NCBI GenBank assembly: GCA_965603825.1
Contig: CBFDEM010000055.1
Location: forward strand, 248,001 to 312,000
Direction: 5' to 3'
DNA: 64,000 nucleotides
DNA from: Blepharisma stoltei ATCC 30299
Lineage: Eukaryota > Protista > Ciliophora
The position numbers and the translations under genes were made by a program. Below, in pieces: positions 1 through 12,540 of this stretch; within the stretch, counting starts at the first letter, position 1, and each line of letters begins with the position of its first letter. Below the pieces are notes generated by a model. It was given only the letters and a program-made list of their open reading frames with translations, searched no databases and was not told the DNA's origin.

Positions 1-1012
1 TAAGCAAGGGATTGTACATAGAGATATTAAGCCTGAAAACTTGGTATTTGAATTTCCAGACGATAATTCGAATTTAAAAGTCATTGACTTCGCAATTTCT
101 CACAAAATAAACCAAGAAGAAAAAATCACTGTTATAAATGGGACATTATGGTATATGGCGCCTGAGATTTTAATTGATCACACTTATGATGAAAAATGCG
201 ACATATGAAGCGCAGGGGTTATTCTTTTTATAATGCTCAGTAAGGGTTACTAAGGTGGAAGCCCTCCTTTTATGGGTGAAACAGAAGCAGAAATAATTTC
301 AAACATTAAAAATCATTACCCAAAATTGAACTCACAGATTTGGTTTTTTATGACTGAAGAGTGCAAAGATTTATTAAGAAGAATGCTTACAATTAACCCA
401 AAAGAAAGGCTAACTGCTGAAGAAGTTTTGGCTCACCCATGAATCAATATGTGGGAAAGGCATGGAATTGCAGAAGTCCCAATTAGCAAAGATGTTTTGA
501 CTCACCTTAACCATTTTCATGTAATTTTCATATAGAGTCATTCCAAATTATCAAAATCCATCATGCTTTATATCAGTTACCAACTTTTTACAAAAAAAGA
601 AGAACAGTCACTAACTGAAATTTTTAAATCAATTGATAAAAATGGAGATGGTCTATTAAGCAGGGAAGAACTTATCGAAGGATACAAGCATTTAGGGATG
701 TCAGCACAAGTAGATGTTGATGAGATTATGAAAAACTGCGACTTGGATAACAGTGGAACCATTTCTTTTTCAGAGTTTTTAATTGCAGCTTCACAATGGA
801 AAAGCATTTTTAAGAAAAATCAGTTAAGGCATGCTTTTGATGAGTATGATTCCAGCAAAGATGGAAAACTTTCACTAGATGAACTGAAAAAACAGTTCCC
901 AGAGATACTGGATACAGAGTGGAAAAAGCTTTTTGAAGAAGCTGATGAAAACAGAGATGGCCAGATTTCTTTTGAAGAGCTTAAAAATTATTTATTATCA
1001 ACAATTAAATAA
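1..1012 (+). CDS. Calcium-dependent protein kinase (CDPK), 5'-truncated by window edge; introns 240-254 and 521-535
   Basis: Frame 2 reads IVHRDIKPENL, KVIDF, YMAPE, KCDI(TGA 206-208)SAGV, LSGSPPF and AHP(TGA 440-442), then four EF-hands (DKNGDGLLSREE, DLDNSGTISFSEF, DSSKDGKLSLDE, DENRDGQISFEE). Ends TAA. Confidence 0.95.
240..254 (+). other. 15-nt spliceosomal intron (gtaagggttactaag)
   Basis: GT..AG with an in-frame TAA. Removal restores the kinase motif MLSGSPPF. A at -6. Confidence 0.9.
521..535 (+). other. 15-nt spliceosomal intron (gtaattttcatatag)
   Basis: GT..AG with an in-frame TAG. Removal joins the kinase to the junction/EF-hand domain. A at -6. Confidence 0.9.
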
Positions 1013-1027
1013 AATTTGATAAATTAG

Positions 1028-1648
1028 TTATGAAGAATGGGAATGTAAAAAATAGCAAGTTCTGCATACAGGCTTGTATTTGTCAGGGCCACCTATAACT
1101 TTTATTGCCTGCTCTTGTGTCAGCCTTGCACTAAATGCTGCATCATCTTTGCAATAGTGGCAGATGCTGCTTAACTTAGTAACTCTTTCTGCTTTGGCAA
1201 TTAATTGACAAATAGTCCCAAATGGTTCTCTTCTGAAATCAGAATCTAGACAAGCAATGATCACAATTTTACCTCTATTCGCCATATCTTCAACAAAACT
1301 GATGATGTCTGAGAAAAATTGCCCTTCATCTATCCCTATAACGTCATGAGAGTCAGCTACATTTTCAGCCTCATATAAAGTATCACATGCAAATGCTTCT
1401 AAGTAGTTTACCAAGTCATGAGTAACGACTTTATCTTCATCATTTTCATAGCGGGCATCTTTAGTTTTAAGCAAAATGCAGGAATCATTACGGACTTTGT
1501 ACCTCCGGATTCTACGTAACAGCTCTGTAGACTTTCCAGAGAACATAGGACCAAAAATAACTTGTATTTCTCCTTTTTTTACCTTAGACGCCTTAAGCGG
1601 TAATTTTTCGGGCGTCTCATATGTTGGCGCGATTATCGATTCAGACAT
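1028..1648 (-). CDS. TK1: Thymidine kinase (TK1 family)
   Basis: GPMFSGKSTELLRR, IGIDEGQFF, Zn-binding CHYC...VCRTC, IGG-DKY. Confidence 0.95.
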   Translation of the reverse strand: MSESIIAPTYETPEKLPLKASKVKKGEIQVIFGPMFSGKSTELLRRIRRYKVRNDSCILLKTKDARYENDEDKVVTHDLVNYLEAFACDTLYEAENVADSHDVIGIDEGQFFSDIISFVEDMANRGKIVIIACLDSDFRREPFGTICQLIAKAERVTKLSSICHYCKDDAAFSARLTQEQAIKVIGGPDKYKPVCRTCYFLHSHSS

Positions 1649-1832
1649 TTATTTAATATTTTTATTTGTAAAAGTTAAGGCGTCGCACTTATCTCCATTT
1701 ATACATCCACAAAATCATCTAAATATCTATTATGTTAATCACATTTATTGTAATATGATTATATAATGAAAATTTATGCTAATTATATTTAAAAAATTAT
1801 AAGTCAGCTTAATAATAATTCTGAAGCTTAAT

Positions 1833-3089
1833 TTATTGAAGATAAGGAATGAGGTATTGGTTAACCTGCTCATGAGTTAAATCGCAATGCCCAGCTTCAA
1901 TTAAAGTTCTAATAATCTTTCCTTCAGCATCCATGTTTTGGGCGCCAAGATAGTTGTTTACATAGTCCAAAGTTTCGTTATAAGCTTGCATTATTTCAGA
2001 ATTTTCTTTGAAGTAGCCAAACCATTCACTTTGCTTTGGAATAACAATGGTGTCTTGGGTGAAGAAAAATTGCACAAAATATCCCAAACTCAAGTAAAGG
2101 TCAATGTAATCTTGATTGATGCTTCTTTCGTTATTTAAATCAGCCAAAAAGCTGCTCTTCTTAAGGTAAGTCTGGTACTGATACTGATCTTTAACATATC
2201 CACCAGGCCCAAGAGCTTGAAAAGCGCTAGAATAAGCTCCTAATCTAGCAGCATTGTTATAAATGGAACATTTTATACCAAATTCGCAGCTTGGGAATTT
2301 ATTAACGCCCATAACTGGTGACCCAATAGTAATTAAATTATTGACTTGAAGTCCAGAACAGTGCTGGAAAACTCCTCTAGCTACAATTCCACCTTGAGAA
2401 ATACCAATTAAATTGAATGATCCTTGGTAATTAGGGTCGGCTTTTACTTTGGTGCAGGCTTCATTGACTTGATCAGTCATCGACATCAAGATGCTTGATT
2501 GAGCTCCATTGCCTATTTCGATGCAAGAGACATAAGTTCCAAGTTGCTCTCTTAGGTAATCCCCGAATTCTACGTAGTTTGAATCAGTGCAAGCTCCGTT
2601 AATTCCATGGAAAAATAAAATAGGCAATGCAGAACTGTCAGCTAGGGCTACTATTGAAGGAGACTCATATGAAAACTTAAAAGCACTTGGAGAAGCCATC
2701 CTCATGAATTCAGTAAGCCATGCACCAAGGATTTTTCCATACATGTTAATATCAGACAAAACTGGGAATTGACCTTTGGCTTTGGCGTCTTCGAACTTTT
2801 GTTGGGCTTTAGCCATCATTTTTTCAGAAGTTCTAAGATTGGTGATTGGTCTCAAAGCGTACTCAAACTTGCAATTGACGGTAATGTCAACGAGGTCAAC
2901 AACAAACTTCTCCCAAGCGCTGGTGAATTTATTCTCCTGGTCATCGTCGCTTGGTGAATAATTGCAGGTAAGTGCGTCAACTTTTGAGATTAAGTCAGCA
3001 CCCTCAAGAACTCCAGTTAGAAACTGGTTATTGAGAGTCTTCTCAGAAAGGACGAATGATAAAGCACATAAAAATAGAACGGCTTTCAT
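1833..3089 (-). CDS. PPT1: Palmitoyl-protein thioesterase-like secreted hydrolase with N-terminal extension, paralog 1
   Basis: Signal peptide MKAVLFLC (start placed by comparison with paralog 2); FFHGING, GISQGG nucleophile, LITIGSP, FLADLNNER, DTIVIPKQSEWFGYF, GH. Confidence 0.88.
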   Translation of the reverse strand: MKAVLFLCALSFVLSEKTLNNQFLTGVLEGADLISKVDALTCNYSPSDDDQENKFTSAWEKFVVDLVDITVNCKFEYALRPITNLRTSEKMMAKAQQKFEDAKAKGQFPVLSDINMYGKILGAWLTEFMRMASPSAFKFSYESPSIVALADSSALPILFFHGINGACTDSNYVEFGDYLREQLGTYVSCIEIGNGAQSSILMSMTDQVNEACTKVKADPNYQGSFNLIGISQGGIVARGVFQHCSGLQVNNLITIGSPVMGVNKFPSCEFGIKCSIYNNAARLGAYSSAFQALGPGGYVKDQYQYQTYLKKSSFLADLNNERSINQDYIDLYLSLGYFVQFFFTQDTIVIPKQSEWFGYFKENSEIMQAYNETLDYVNNYLGAQNMDAEGKIIRTLIEAGHCDLTHEQVNQYLIPYLQ

Positions 3090-3277
3090 TTTATTTCTAC
3101 CAATATTAGTCACAAATATGAGGATTTTCAAGAGAGTCAATATTTATATGAATAATTTTAACATAAGGGGCTTATATTTTATAAAAAGCAATATCAGAAT
3201 CCAGGATTGCATTACGCATATTTATATAAATAATATTAAATAGAGGCATTTATTTTAGCTTTTAATAATTTTAATTA

Positions 3278-4540
3278 TTAATCTTGAAGATAAGGAAGCA
3301 GATAGCGTTTAACTTGCCTAGCAGTCAAGTCACAGTGTCCAGCTTCTATCAAAACTCTAATGATTTTTCCTTGCTCATCCATAGTCCTAAAGCCTAAGTA
3401 GTTGTTAATATAGTTTGAAGTTTCATTATAAGTCAGCACTACATCAGAATTTTCTTTGAAATAGCCAAACCATTCGCTTTGTTTAGGAATCACAACGCTA
3501 TCTTCAGTGAAGTAAAACTGCACGAAATGCTCTAAGCTCAAGTAGGCATCAATATATTTTTTATTGATTTTTCTCTCATTATTTAGATCAGCCAAGAAAC
3601 TACTCTTTTTAAGATAAGTTTTATACTGGTATGGGTCTTTTAGATAGCCACCAGGCCCAAGAGCTTGGAAAGTGCTTGAATAGACTCCTAATTTAGCAGC
3701 ATTATCATACATAGCACATCTTACTCCAATTTCACATTCTGGGAATTTACTAACTCCCATTACTGGGGACCCAATAGTAATTAAATTACTGACTTGAAGT
3801 CCAGGACATTGCTGAAGAATTCCTCGAGCAATCATTCCACCTTGGGAAATCCCAATTAAATTGAATTTTCCTTGGTAATTAGGGTCAGCTTTTACTTTGG
3901 TGCAGGCTTCATTTACTTGTTCAGTCATTGGCATCAAATTGCTTGCCCAATATCCATCACCAATCTCAACGCAACTTACATAAGTCCCAAGCTGGAATCG
4001 TAGGTAATTCTCAAATACCTTATAATTTTCATCAGCGCAAGCTCCGTTAATGCCGTGGAAAAATGCAATAGGCAATGCAGAGCTGTCAGCGAAGGCGACT
4101 ATTGACGAATCATCATTGTTAAACTTAAAAGCACTTGGAGAAGCCATTCTGATGTATTGGGTAAGCCATTTCCCAAGGATCTTTCCATACATATTCATGT
4201 CATGGAGGACAGGAAATTGCCCTTTAACTTTGGCGTCTTCGAATCTTTGTTGTGCTCTTAGCATCATTTCCTTAGAAGTTCTCAAGTTATTAAGTGGTCT
4301 TAAAGCGTGCTCAAACTGACAATTGACTGTAATATTAAGTAAATCGAAAATAAACTTTTCCCAAGCGTTGTCGAACAAATTCTTCTGAGCCTCTTCGCTC
4401 ATTGAATATTCGCAATCTGCTGCATCAACGTTCGTGATCAAGTCAGCGCCTTCAAGAACACCAGTTAAAAACTGATTATGAATGTTTTTCTCAGAAAGAG
4501 CAAGAGTAGACAAAAAGAATAAGAAGAGAACAGCTTTCAT
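3278..4540 (-). CDS. PPT1: Palmitoyl-protein thioesterase-like secreted hydrolase with N-terminal extension, paralog 2
   Basis: Tandem paralog of 1833-3089, colinear over its full length, with the same GISQGG/D/H triad motifs. Confidence 0.88.
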   Translation of the reverse strand: MKAVLFLFFLSTLALSEKNIHNQFLTGVLEGADLITNVDAADCEYSMSEEAQKNLFDNAWEKFIFDLLNITVNCQFEHALRPLNNLRTSKEMMLRAQQRFEDAKVKGQFPVLHDMNMYGKILGKWLTQYIRMASPSAFKFNNDDSSIVAFADSSALPIAFFHGINGACADENYKVFENYLRFQLGTYVSCVEIGDGYWASNLMPMTEQVNEACTKVKADPNYQGKFNLIGISQGGMIARGILQQCPGLQVSNLITIGSPVMGVSKFPECEIGVRCAMYDNAAKLGVYSSTFQALGPGGYLKDPYQYKTYLKKSSFLADLNNERKINKKYIDAYLSLEHFVQFYFTEDSVVIPKQSEWFGYFKENSDVVLTYNETSNYINNYLGFRTMDEQGKIIRVLIEAGHCDLTARQVKRYLLPYLQD

Positions 4541-4811
4541 TTTATTTTCTATGGCTATTAAGTATAAAATATGAGCATATATGTAAAGGTTTTAGAATAA
4601 CACAAAGAGATGATATTTTTAGAGATTGTAGGATTTGAGTTTTTATAATTAGAATATACTAAGAAATAAAGTTAACTAATATGTTTTTAAACTTAAATTT
4701 CATTCTCACTTTTTTAATTTTATTATTAGAAAATTCTAGAAGGGCGACGAGATTTATAAATAAACCTATTTTATGTTAAATATTCATCTAATAATGTTAA
4801 ACATCGCTTCT

Positions 4812-7004
4812 CTATAACTGCTTTCTTGATCCTGCTCCCAAAGTCTTACTTAAATGTGAGCCTAAAGGTGAGCTAATTTTTTCATCTAAAGACATTCTTT
4901 TTCCGTCCTTTCTAAAAATGGACACTCTTGGTGCATTTGGACTTAATATTTTCTGAGTCTGATGCAGACTTGCTCTAGTTAAATTTGGTGACTTTACTCC
5001 ATTACTCCCACTTTTTACAGTATAAGTGTTAGCTTTCTTCGTCGTCCTTTTTCCTTTTGTTTCTTCTTCAATAACTTTTGGCATTTCTCCTTCTTTTAAA
5101 TCAGTTTCTGTATGAAGCAGTAGCTTATCTTTTAGCAAAGCATCTGGGCTATTAATGGTTTTTCAGTAGCCATCACTTGTAACAATTCCTTGCACCTTTT
5201 CAGCCATTTCCCTGATGATTAGTTCGTTATCATCATGCATTTCTTCTAGCACCAAATCTATATCATTAGAAGCTATAATATCATTTGAGGAAATTCTCTC
5301 ACGTAAATTTGGGTACTCAATAAGAAATTTCAGCCTAATATCTTTAGCACTGTCTTTCGATAGCTGCAATAATGGCTGGAAATATAAGTTTTTAAATGCA
5401 TTTCTTGAACAAAATTCTTTTGTGTGAATGCAAAAATCAATAAAAATTTTTCTGTCAGCTGCATGGGCTGATTGAGCAAAGTTTTGGATTATTTTATCAG
5501 ATAGCAACTGTCGAAGTTCATATGGGCAAAGTTTAAGTATTTGAACGACAATTTTTGAGCTATGCTGCTTTATTGGTAAATTAGCATTGTGCATTAGCAT
5601 TACAAGTTTTGGGTATAAAAGTGCTGAAACAATGCATAAAGGAATTTGGGGTAAAATAAGATTCATTTGCGATAATAAAGTATTAGTGTTTCTCCAGTTC
5701 GGTATAATATCTAATAATTGTATTAAATATTGATATAAATTCTCTTGCTCATTTAAATTTATATACTGTGAAATTAAATGTAAATTTGATATTATATTCC
5801 ATTGTGTGACAGGGTCTTTTATCATTTCATTAAATAAAGGGACTAAAGATTGAACTTTTGGGTTCAAAATTTTTACAATCTCATGGAAACTTATAGAAAT
5901 AATTTTTCTTATTTCTGATGAAGAGTCATGGCATAATGCTTCATATCCAATTTTTAGTCTGTCTTTAAAGCAAACAGCTCCAAGCGCTAGAATAATTCCT
6001 GGGAAATTAAAAGCAACATTTTTCCTTATATCTGCTCTATCATATGTAATTAGCCTATTCAGCAATATCAATAAATCAGTTTTAATCTCTGCTGTTTTTA
6101 GCTGTGGTTTTAACCCAAATAGAATTTTCCCTAGATTTTTTGATAATTCATCTATAATAGTCTGATTGCTTGCCTTGAACCATAATTTATAAATATTTGG
6201 CAGGAGTTTTTTATTAATATTTTCTGGAAGACTTTCTACAATTTCTGCAAAAGTTTTAATTGATGCCACCATAACTTCTGAGCTTTGGTCTTCTATCAAA
6301 GACAGAAGCAATACATATAGCTCATCTTCTTTATGAGGTAAATAATAATCAGAGATCTTTGGCAAATTTTCAGCCATTTTGACTCTTACTTTGATAAATG
6401 CATCCTGCATAAGCTTATATACAAGCTCATGCATTTTTGAATCAAAATCGTGCTTTGATAAATTTCCTATCAAAATGCATGCGTTGGCCCTTGTCATATA
6501 ATACTGTACACATTCAGCTTGGGAAATAATAAATGGAATGAAGTGGATTTGGGTTAAAATTCTGTCACCTTTTTCACATAAAGTCCCAAAAAGTGTATTT
6601 CAGGCATCTACGATCTCAGAGGGTTCTGAAGTTCACATTCCAAGGACAGTGGCTGTGGCTTTAAATATTGCCTCAAAATCTTCATAATCTAGCTCAATTT
6701 TTTTTATCACTTTATTAAACCCAATTCCAGCTGCTAATTGAATAGTATCTTCCCAGCGCTTAATATTTTCAATAATAATATCTAAGATATCATTCCAGTT
6801 TTTTTCTTCAGCATATATATTAAGGTTCGATAGAACAGCGATTTTTTGATCTTTGGTGCCATCTTCTAGTATGTAAATTGCTTTTTCTCCAGTTGTATAA
6901 TCTTCGTTGGTGGTTACTCGTTGAATTTCTTCTTCAGATTTTTCGGTACCAATGAATGGGAGATCATCTATATTATAGTCGATATGTGATGAATTATTAT
7001 CCAT
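4812..7004 (-). CDS. HEAT-repeat protein, protein phosphatase 4 regulatory subunit (PP4R4/PP4R1)-like
   Basis: Three track ORFs share one frame, joined by TGA=Trp (6633-6635, ~6600, 5163-5165); 731 codons. HEAT motifs LMQDAFIKVR, RKNVAFNFPG, LCHDSSSEIR, LSKDSAKDIR. Confidence 0.75.
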
Positions 7005-7157
7005 ATTATAACTTATAAATTTTTTATAATTTTAGGCTTTCTAAAGCCATATTTCTTGATAATAGAAATCCAATTTGATATTTAAGCAGCCTAATATAAC
7101 ACATAGGCTTAATTATCTAAACGTTATAACTATTTCCATTTTTATCATAATTTGAGG

Positions 7158-7850
7158 ATGAGAAGCAAATCTTTTGATTTTTTTCAGTATATGAAGCCTA
7201 TGATATCAAGTATTGGACACATCCAAGAAAAAAAGAATGAATTTTTAAAAAGATCGCTTATGGCGAGATCAACCAGGCAAAATTCAAAAATAACGAATTA
7301 TTCAGATAAAATTTTAGTTGAGATCTCAGCCCAACGGACGCTTGAAAAATCTTTGCAAAGCACCTCAAAAGAAAAAATTACAGCAAGAAGAGGGACTTCT
7401 GCATTGCAAACAAAAGAAAGAGCTGAGCTTTCTATGAGACGAGATTCATCGTCAATGAACGGAAGATGCACTCCAAATCATGACTTTATTTTGCCAAAAA
7501 CTGCATTTGGGAAGCCCAAGTTCCCATGAGAATTTGATTCTACTAGAAAAACTAGAGCCAATAGCTTCGACATTTCAGTGGAGTCCACTTATATATTTGA
7601 TAACGAAAAAAAGAAAATTAAAGGGATTCCGTTTGAAAAACAATCAAGTAGAAAATCATTAATAAACTTCAGTCCTAAAGAAAATTTACAAATAAATAGG
7701 CAGCAAAGTAATTGCTTGCGTCCCTGCAACAGGATAAATAAAATACAACATAATATGATGAAAAATAAAGTTTTTGGGCATGGAGAAAACAGAATACAAA
7801 ATCCTTTATGCTTGTCTGAGCATAAATCGAAAAGTGTTATAATGATATAA
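7158..7850 (+). CDS. Hypothetical protein
   Basis: ORFs 7152-7529 and 7578-7850 are in frame through TGA 7527-7529. Ends TAA. Confidence 0.6.
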
Positions 7851-7871
7851 ATTAGATGTAATAAATAGCAT

Positions 7872-10757
7872 TTACTTAAATTTATATTTAATTGTAGGAG
7901 TTATTAAATCTTTTCCGTCAAGTGTTTTACCTTTGAGTTCGATTTCTAATGATTTTTTAAGTGAAATATCGACATTGCAGAGCTTTTCAATTAATTCTTG
8001 TACAGGAATTAGTTGATTTTCTTCGATGATTAAGTTGCTATTATAAAATTCAACTCCCTTATACAGTAGCTTAACAGGAAAAACATCGTGCTTCTCAATT
8101 AAAATTTTTATAAAATCTTCCAAATTAAGTACCCCTTCAATGTTAATATTATCCCATCTGTTGAATTTGTCGTTATATATGCAAACTGGGGAATTTGTAT
8201 TTTCATCTAAAGGAACTGTTCCATATATTGTTGAAGGAGTCGGCTTAATTAGCCACATAATTGACGATGATAAGTTAGAAATTGAATCATAAGCACCTTC
8301 ATATCCTAAACCTTGCACATATTTGATAAGTTCAATGCTAACAATTCCAGCAATCAATGAAGTTGACGTTATTATTGAAGCTTCGGTCCTCAATATCTTC
8401 ATACGGGTTTCGATCTTATGGATCTTATTAATTTTAAACATTTTGGCTCTTATAGTTGACATTGAATGAATCAGATCAATATAGAGATTACAGCCTTCAT
8501 TATTATCGATACTTGAAAAATTTAGGAGCTTTTGTTGAGGATCAGAAATATCATTTTCGATTGCTAGACTATCATAATTACATAAAATTTGTCTAGTATA
8601 GTTTTTGTCATGATTTTGGTCCAAGCCAACTGTAAATGCAAGCAAATTAGAAAAATTTATAATATATTCTATATGTTCTTCATCATCAATATTAAATTCG
8701 CATGGTGAAATCTTTCTTCTTAAGTGTAATTCTCTAAAGCCTTCAGAATCAGAAGGGTAAGCAGCCAATAATTCATTTATTTCTCCATTAATTATATCAT
8801 GGAAATTTTTTCTGGCTTCTAAAACACATTCATCATATGTCGAAAATTTTGAAATTTTTTGCAAAAAGTCAAATTGCTCTTGCTTTTGCTCATCGTATAT
8901 TAAACTCGATTGCATTTCATTGAATTCTCTTGGCAAGTTAATGAAGAGATTAATAACTTTTAGTTTTGCCCATTCAATGCAGTTGTTTATACTATGAGGA
9001 GAATATTTAATAAGAAATTCGTTTGGAATAGATTCTTCTTTATGAGGATGATCATTATAGGGAATAGTAAGATAAGGTAAAATAGTCTTAGAGTATACTT
9101 CTATGCCGTGCACTCTATTCATTATCACTGGTCTTTTATACCACAAACATTTACTATCGACACTTAATCTTGATTCTGTGCTGTCAACGGCTGCAACAAC
9201 GATATCTTGATTTTCCCAAAATTCATCATTAAAATATTCTTCTGTCTTCTCAGTAACCTTCCAATTTTTTAAATCCAATTTAATATCGGAATTTATCTCT
9301 TTTGTCTTGCGTTCAATAGTCGCTGCTTTCAATTTTCCTACATCAAACTCATTGAAAAGCGTATGGTTGCTTAAATTGGATCATTCTATAGAATCATCAT
9401 CACTAATAGTAATATGTCCATTATCCCCACAAGAAATACCTAATAGCGCACAATTTTTCAAAAATTCATTCCCTACTGATCCTGCTCCTACCAAAAAAAG
9501 ATTTAAAGATGATAATTTTGTAGAAGTTTCTTTGCCTATCATATACTCAGTATCATGGTATCTTGAGAATGCAGGGTTTTCATGATCAGGTTTTAAAACA
9601 TCAAAAAAATCTATATGCCACCATTGATGAATAGGAGACCATTTACCAGTAAATTTAATAATCTCTTGTGCAGCAGTTCCTCCTAAAATAGAAACTATTG
9701 GACTTATAGAGCATCTAGCATATTTCGCAACTTTGCAAATAATGTCTTGATCAACATTTTCAAATGTGTATGTTGATAAATTTTTAAGTTCATATGCAAA
9801 AGCTAAGCACTCATTTATATGATTTTTATTGTTAATTTCTGGAAGTTCATTATGGATTTCTTGAAATTTTCTAATTGCGATATAAGCCAAGTTTAATTGC
9901 TGAGCTCTTTCTTCATCCCATCCCACTCTAGCGATATCTTCACAGTTGATGAAATCAATAGACTCACTTAAAGATTTGAATGACACTTCAGTTTCCACAG
10001 AAAATGGCTCCACAATTCCATATCCTTGATAAGCGGGATATTGGCTTGTATCTTCATCTATGGTAAAGGTTAAATATGACTGTTTTTTAATCTTCCTAGG
10101 CTTACCATCATTTAAATGATCCATTCCTTCAATATCTTTAAACACCACAAAATCCCCATTCCTCAAGGTGCTTTTCTTTACATTGCTACTCAATGTAATT
10201 TTGCATGGATTCGACCAAGAAATATTTGCTATAGAAAATGCATGCGATTTTTTCTCATATTTCTCCCTAACCAAAAAATTGTTCCCAAAATCTACAAAAA
10301 TGTGACCAGAAGCTCCCCAAGCTTCTCCTGAGACAAAACCGACTTGTGGGGAAATTTCTCTGCATATATTATCGATATTTCGTAAGGTATTTAAATCGCT
10401 TTCACTAATAAAAACAATATCATGATTTCAAATAATTTCTTTGGTTAGATTTCCTTTATGGATAGCAAGTTTTGCTTGGGGATGATAATTAGAAAGTTTT
10501 GTGATTATTGCTTCTGCTCTGTTTCCTCCAATATCAGACTCTTTTATAAGAAAATTGGATGATAGATCATTTAGAGTGATTTTTGTGTCATCATGAAGAG
10601 TGATTGTAGAAACGCCTGTCATTAGTAAATTTTTGGCGACTTCTACTCCTAGACCTCTTAGTCCTGAGATAAGAACCTTCAAACCAAATATTTTCTGTTG
10701 AGTTTCAAGACCATGGGTAATGATTTGTCTTGAATATCTGTTCAAATCTGTATTCAT
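7872..10757 (-). CDS. Divergent ubiquitin-activating enzyme E1 (UBA1/UBA6-like); catalytic Cys apparently absent
   Basis: YSRQI, VLISGLRGLGVEVAKNL, DLSSNF, GGTAAQEIIK-TGKW-PIHQW, FLVGAGSVG, IITSTSLIAGIVSIELIK. One frame through TGA 10428-10430 and 9381-9383. Confidence 0.88.
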
Positions 10758-10817
10758 TATAATTTATTTTTATGCAGCTAATTATATATTTTTTTGGGAT
10801 TTTATACTATATTCATC

Positions 10818-11336
10818 TTAATTATTGTCTATTTCATTCAAAGCTTCATTTAAACAATTAGTTTCAATTTTTGATAACTCAGCCTCTTCTTCTGCTATTT
10901 TTTCTTTCAAATTTTCCATTTCAGCCATCAAAGATGTGCATCCGTTATTTAATCCTTCAAGCTGAGCATTAATTTTCTTTAAAGTTTCTGCATAACTGTT
11001 TTCTTTTATCCTATTATCTCTTGCAGATTTAATTAGTTCATATGATCCTCATACCAATAAAATGCTATACGCTACAATTTCTCCAAAAAAGTCTGCTCCT
11101 TGCTCTAAAGCTTTGTCATCTTTTAAAGGTTTCACATAATCGTCACTTTCCATTCCTATTAGTTTCCTTTGAATTTTTACATTAATCCTATGATAAGATT
11201 GCCCTAGGTACAATAAGAGGTTTCTAAAGACTGGGTGGTGATTTTGGTTGGTCTTTAATGAAATTTTCATTTGGTTTGTAATGGGTCTTGTAAAAAGTTT
11301 TAGAGTCAAAGAGAAGACTTTAATTAAGGGAAGCAT
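10818..11336 (-). CDS. OPA3: OPA3 family mitochondrial protein
   Basis: MLPLIKV..L.LK..TRPI, HPVFR, VKPL..DKALEQGADFFGE. Reads through TGA 11049-11051 into a coiled-coil tail ending TAA 10818-10820. Confidence 0.85.
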
Positions 11337-11790
11337 TTTTATTATTGTTGAATTTTTGTAATAATAAAATCACTTGATTGGAAGATTTTGACGCCTAAAC
11401 AATTTTTTTCTATAAGAGATTGAATATAATAAAATAATAGAATATAAAACAGATTGATTCCGGATATTTGACTGATTTAATAATCTAAGCAATCTTAAAA
11501 ATTAAGTCATTGTCCAAGTAATAAATTTTATTAATAACTTTAATGCAAATTATTTAAAACCTAAGGAAAATGATAAGAAATAATAATTATAAATCCATGT
11601 CTCTATGGAAAATCTAACTTATTGTAAATTACAAATTTGGCTTGCCCAAAAACCTTACACACATTTTTTCTTTATAAAAATTGCATTTGACAAATTAAAT
11701 AAACTTCTAACTGATTTTAAGTTGTCTAAATCAGACATTCTTAATGATAACCTGTTCAAAAGCCTGTTAGTTAATAAAAATAGAAATTTA

Positions 11791-12039
11791 ATGGAGATTG
11801 ACCTTCTGCACCCAGACTCAGAACAACAAAGAATATGCCACAAGAAGAAGAGATTGGTGCAAAGTCCCAATAGCTACTTCATGGACATCAAATGTTCAAG
11901 CTGTTATGCACTCACAACAGCTTTCAGCCATGCACAAAGCGTCATCACATGTGAAGGATGCCAACAAATACTTGCACAGCCATCTGGAGGAAAATGCAAA
12001 CTTACAGTAGGTTGCTCAGTAAGGCGAAAGGCTGATTAA
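11791..12039 (+). CDS. RPS27: 40S ribosomal protein S27 (eS27)
   Basis: MEIDLLHP...[19 protein letters not shown]...FSHAQ...C..C...LAQPSGGK. Confidence 0.95.
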   Translation: MEIDLLHPDSEQQRICHKKKRLVQSPNSYFMDIKCSSCYALTTAFSHAQSVITCEGCQQILAQPSGGKCKLTVGCSVRRKAD

Positions 12040-12354
12040 TCTAAAGAGTCATTTTACAAATTTTTTTTCCTTAAATTTTAAGTCTCAGTTAAATTCATGA
12101 CCCTTCTAGTTCACCCATAAGTTTTTGCATAATTTCTAGCTGATAAAGGAATTTTAAGTAAATAATTGAAGATGCATGAATTTTCGATATTTCTATTGGA
12201 ATCACCATAAAAAATATTCATATTTTAGTGATAAAATATTTCATGGCATCTTGATTGCTGAGGAGAACTCTTGAAAAAGGTCTTGATTATTTTATTTGTT
12301 TATATTTTGATTATTTTTAAAGATTTTATTTAATCCATGTATTTTACGAATAGA

Positions 12355-12540
12355 CTATTTTCTAGGGTCAAAGCCTTCTTTGATCAAGCACTGGATGTGA
12401 AAATCGATTTCATTTTTGCATTCCTCTTCTGATTTCAATAAAAGACATTGGTCTCTTGCTGCTTTTGTTTCTTTGCATACACAGCAAGGGCCTTTTATCA
12501 CTTTTTCTGTCTTATTTCCTGTTTGTTTTTGCTCTTCCAT
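12355..12540 (-). CDS. COX17: Mitochondrial copper chaperone COX17
   Basis: PCCVCKETKAARDQC...EECK..I..HIQCL..EGF. Confidence 0.92.
   Translation of the reverse strand: MEEQKQTGNKTEKVIKGPCCVCKETKAARDQCLLLKSEEECKNEIDFHIQCLIKEGFDPRK

Noticed and set aside
11605-11790. 62-aa N-terminal extension on RPS27 in the ORF track
   Set aside because: It is A/T-rich non-coding-like sequence, and the family-typical start MEIDLLHP is at 11791.
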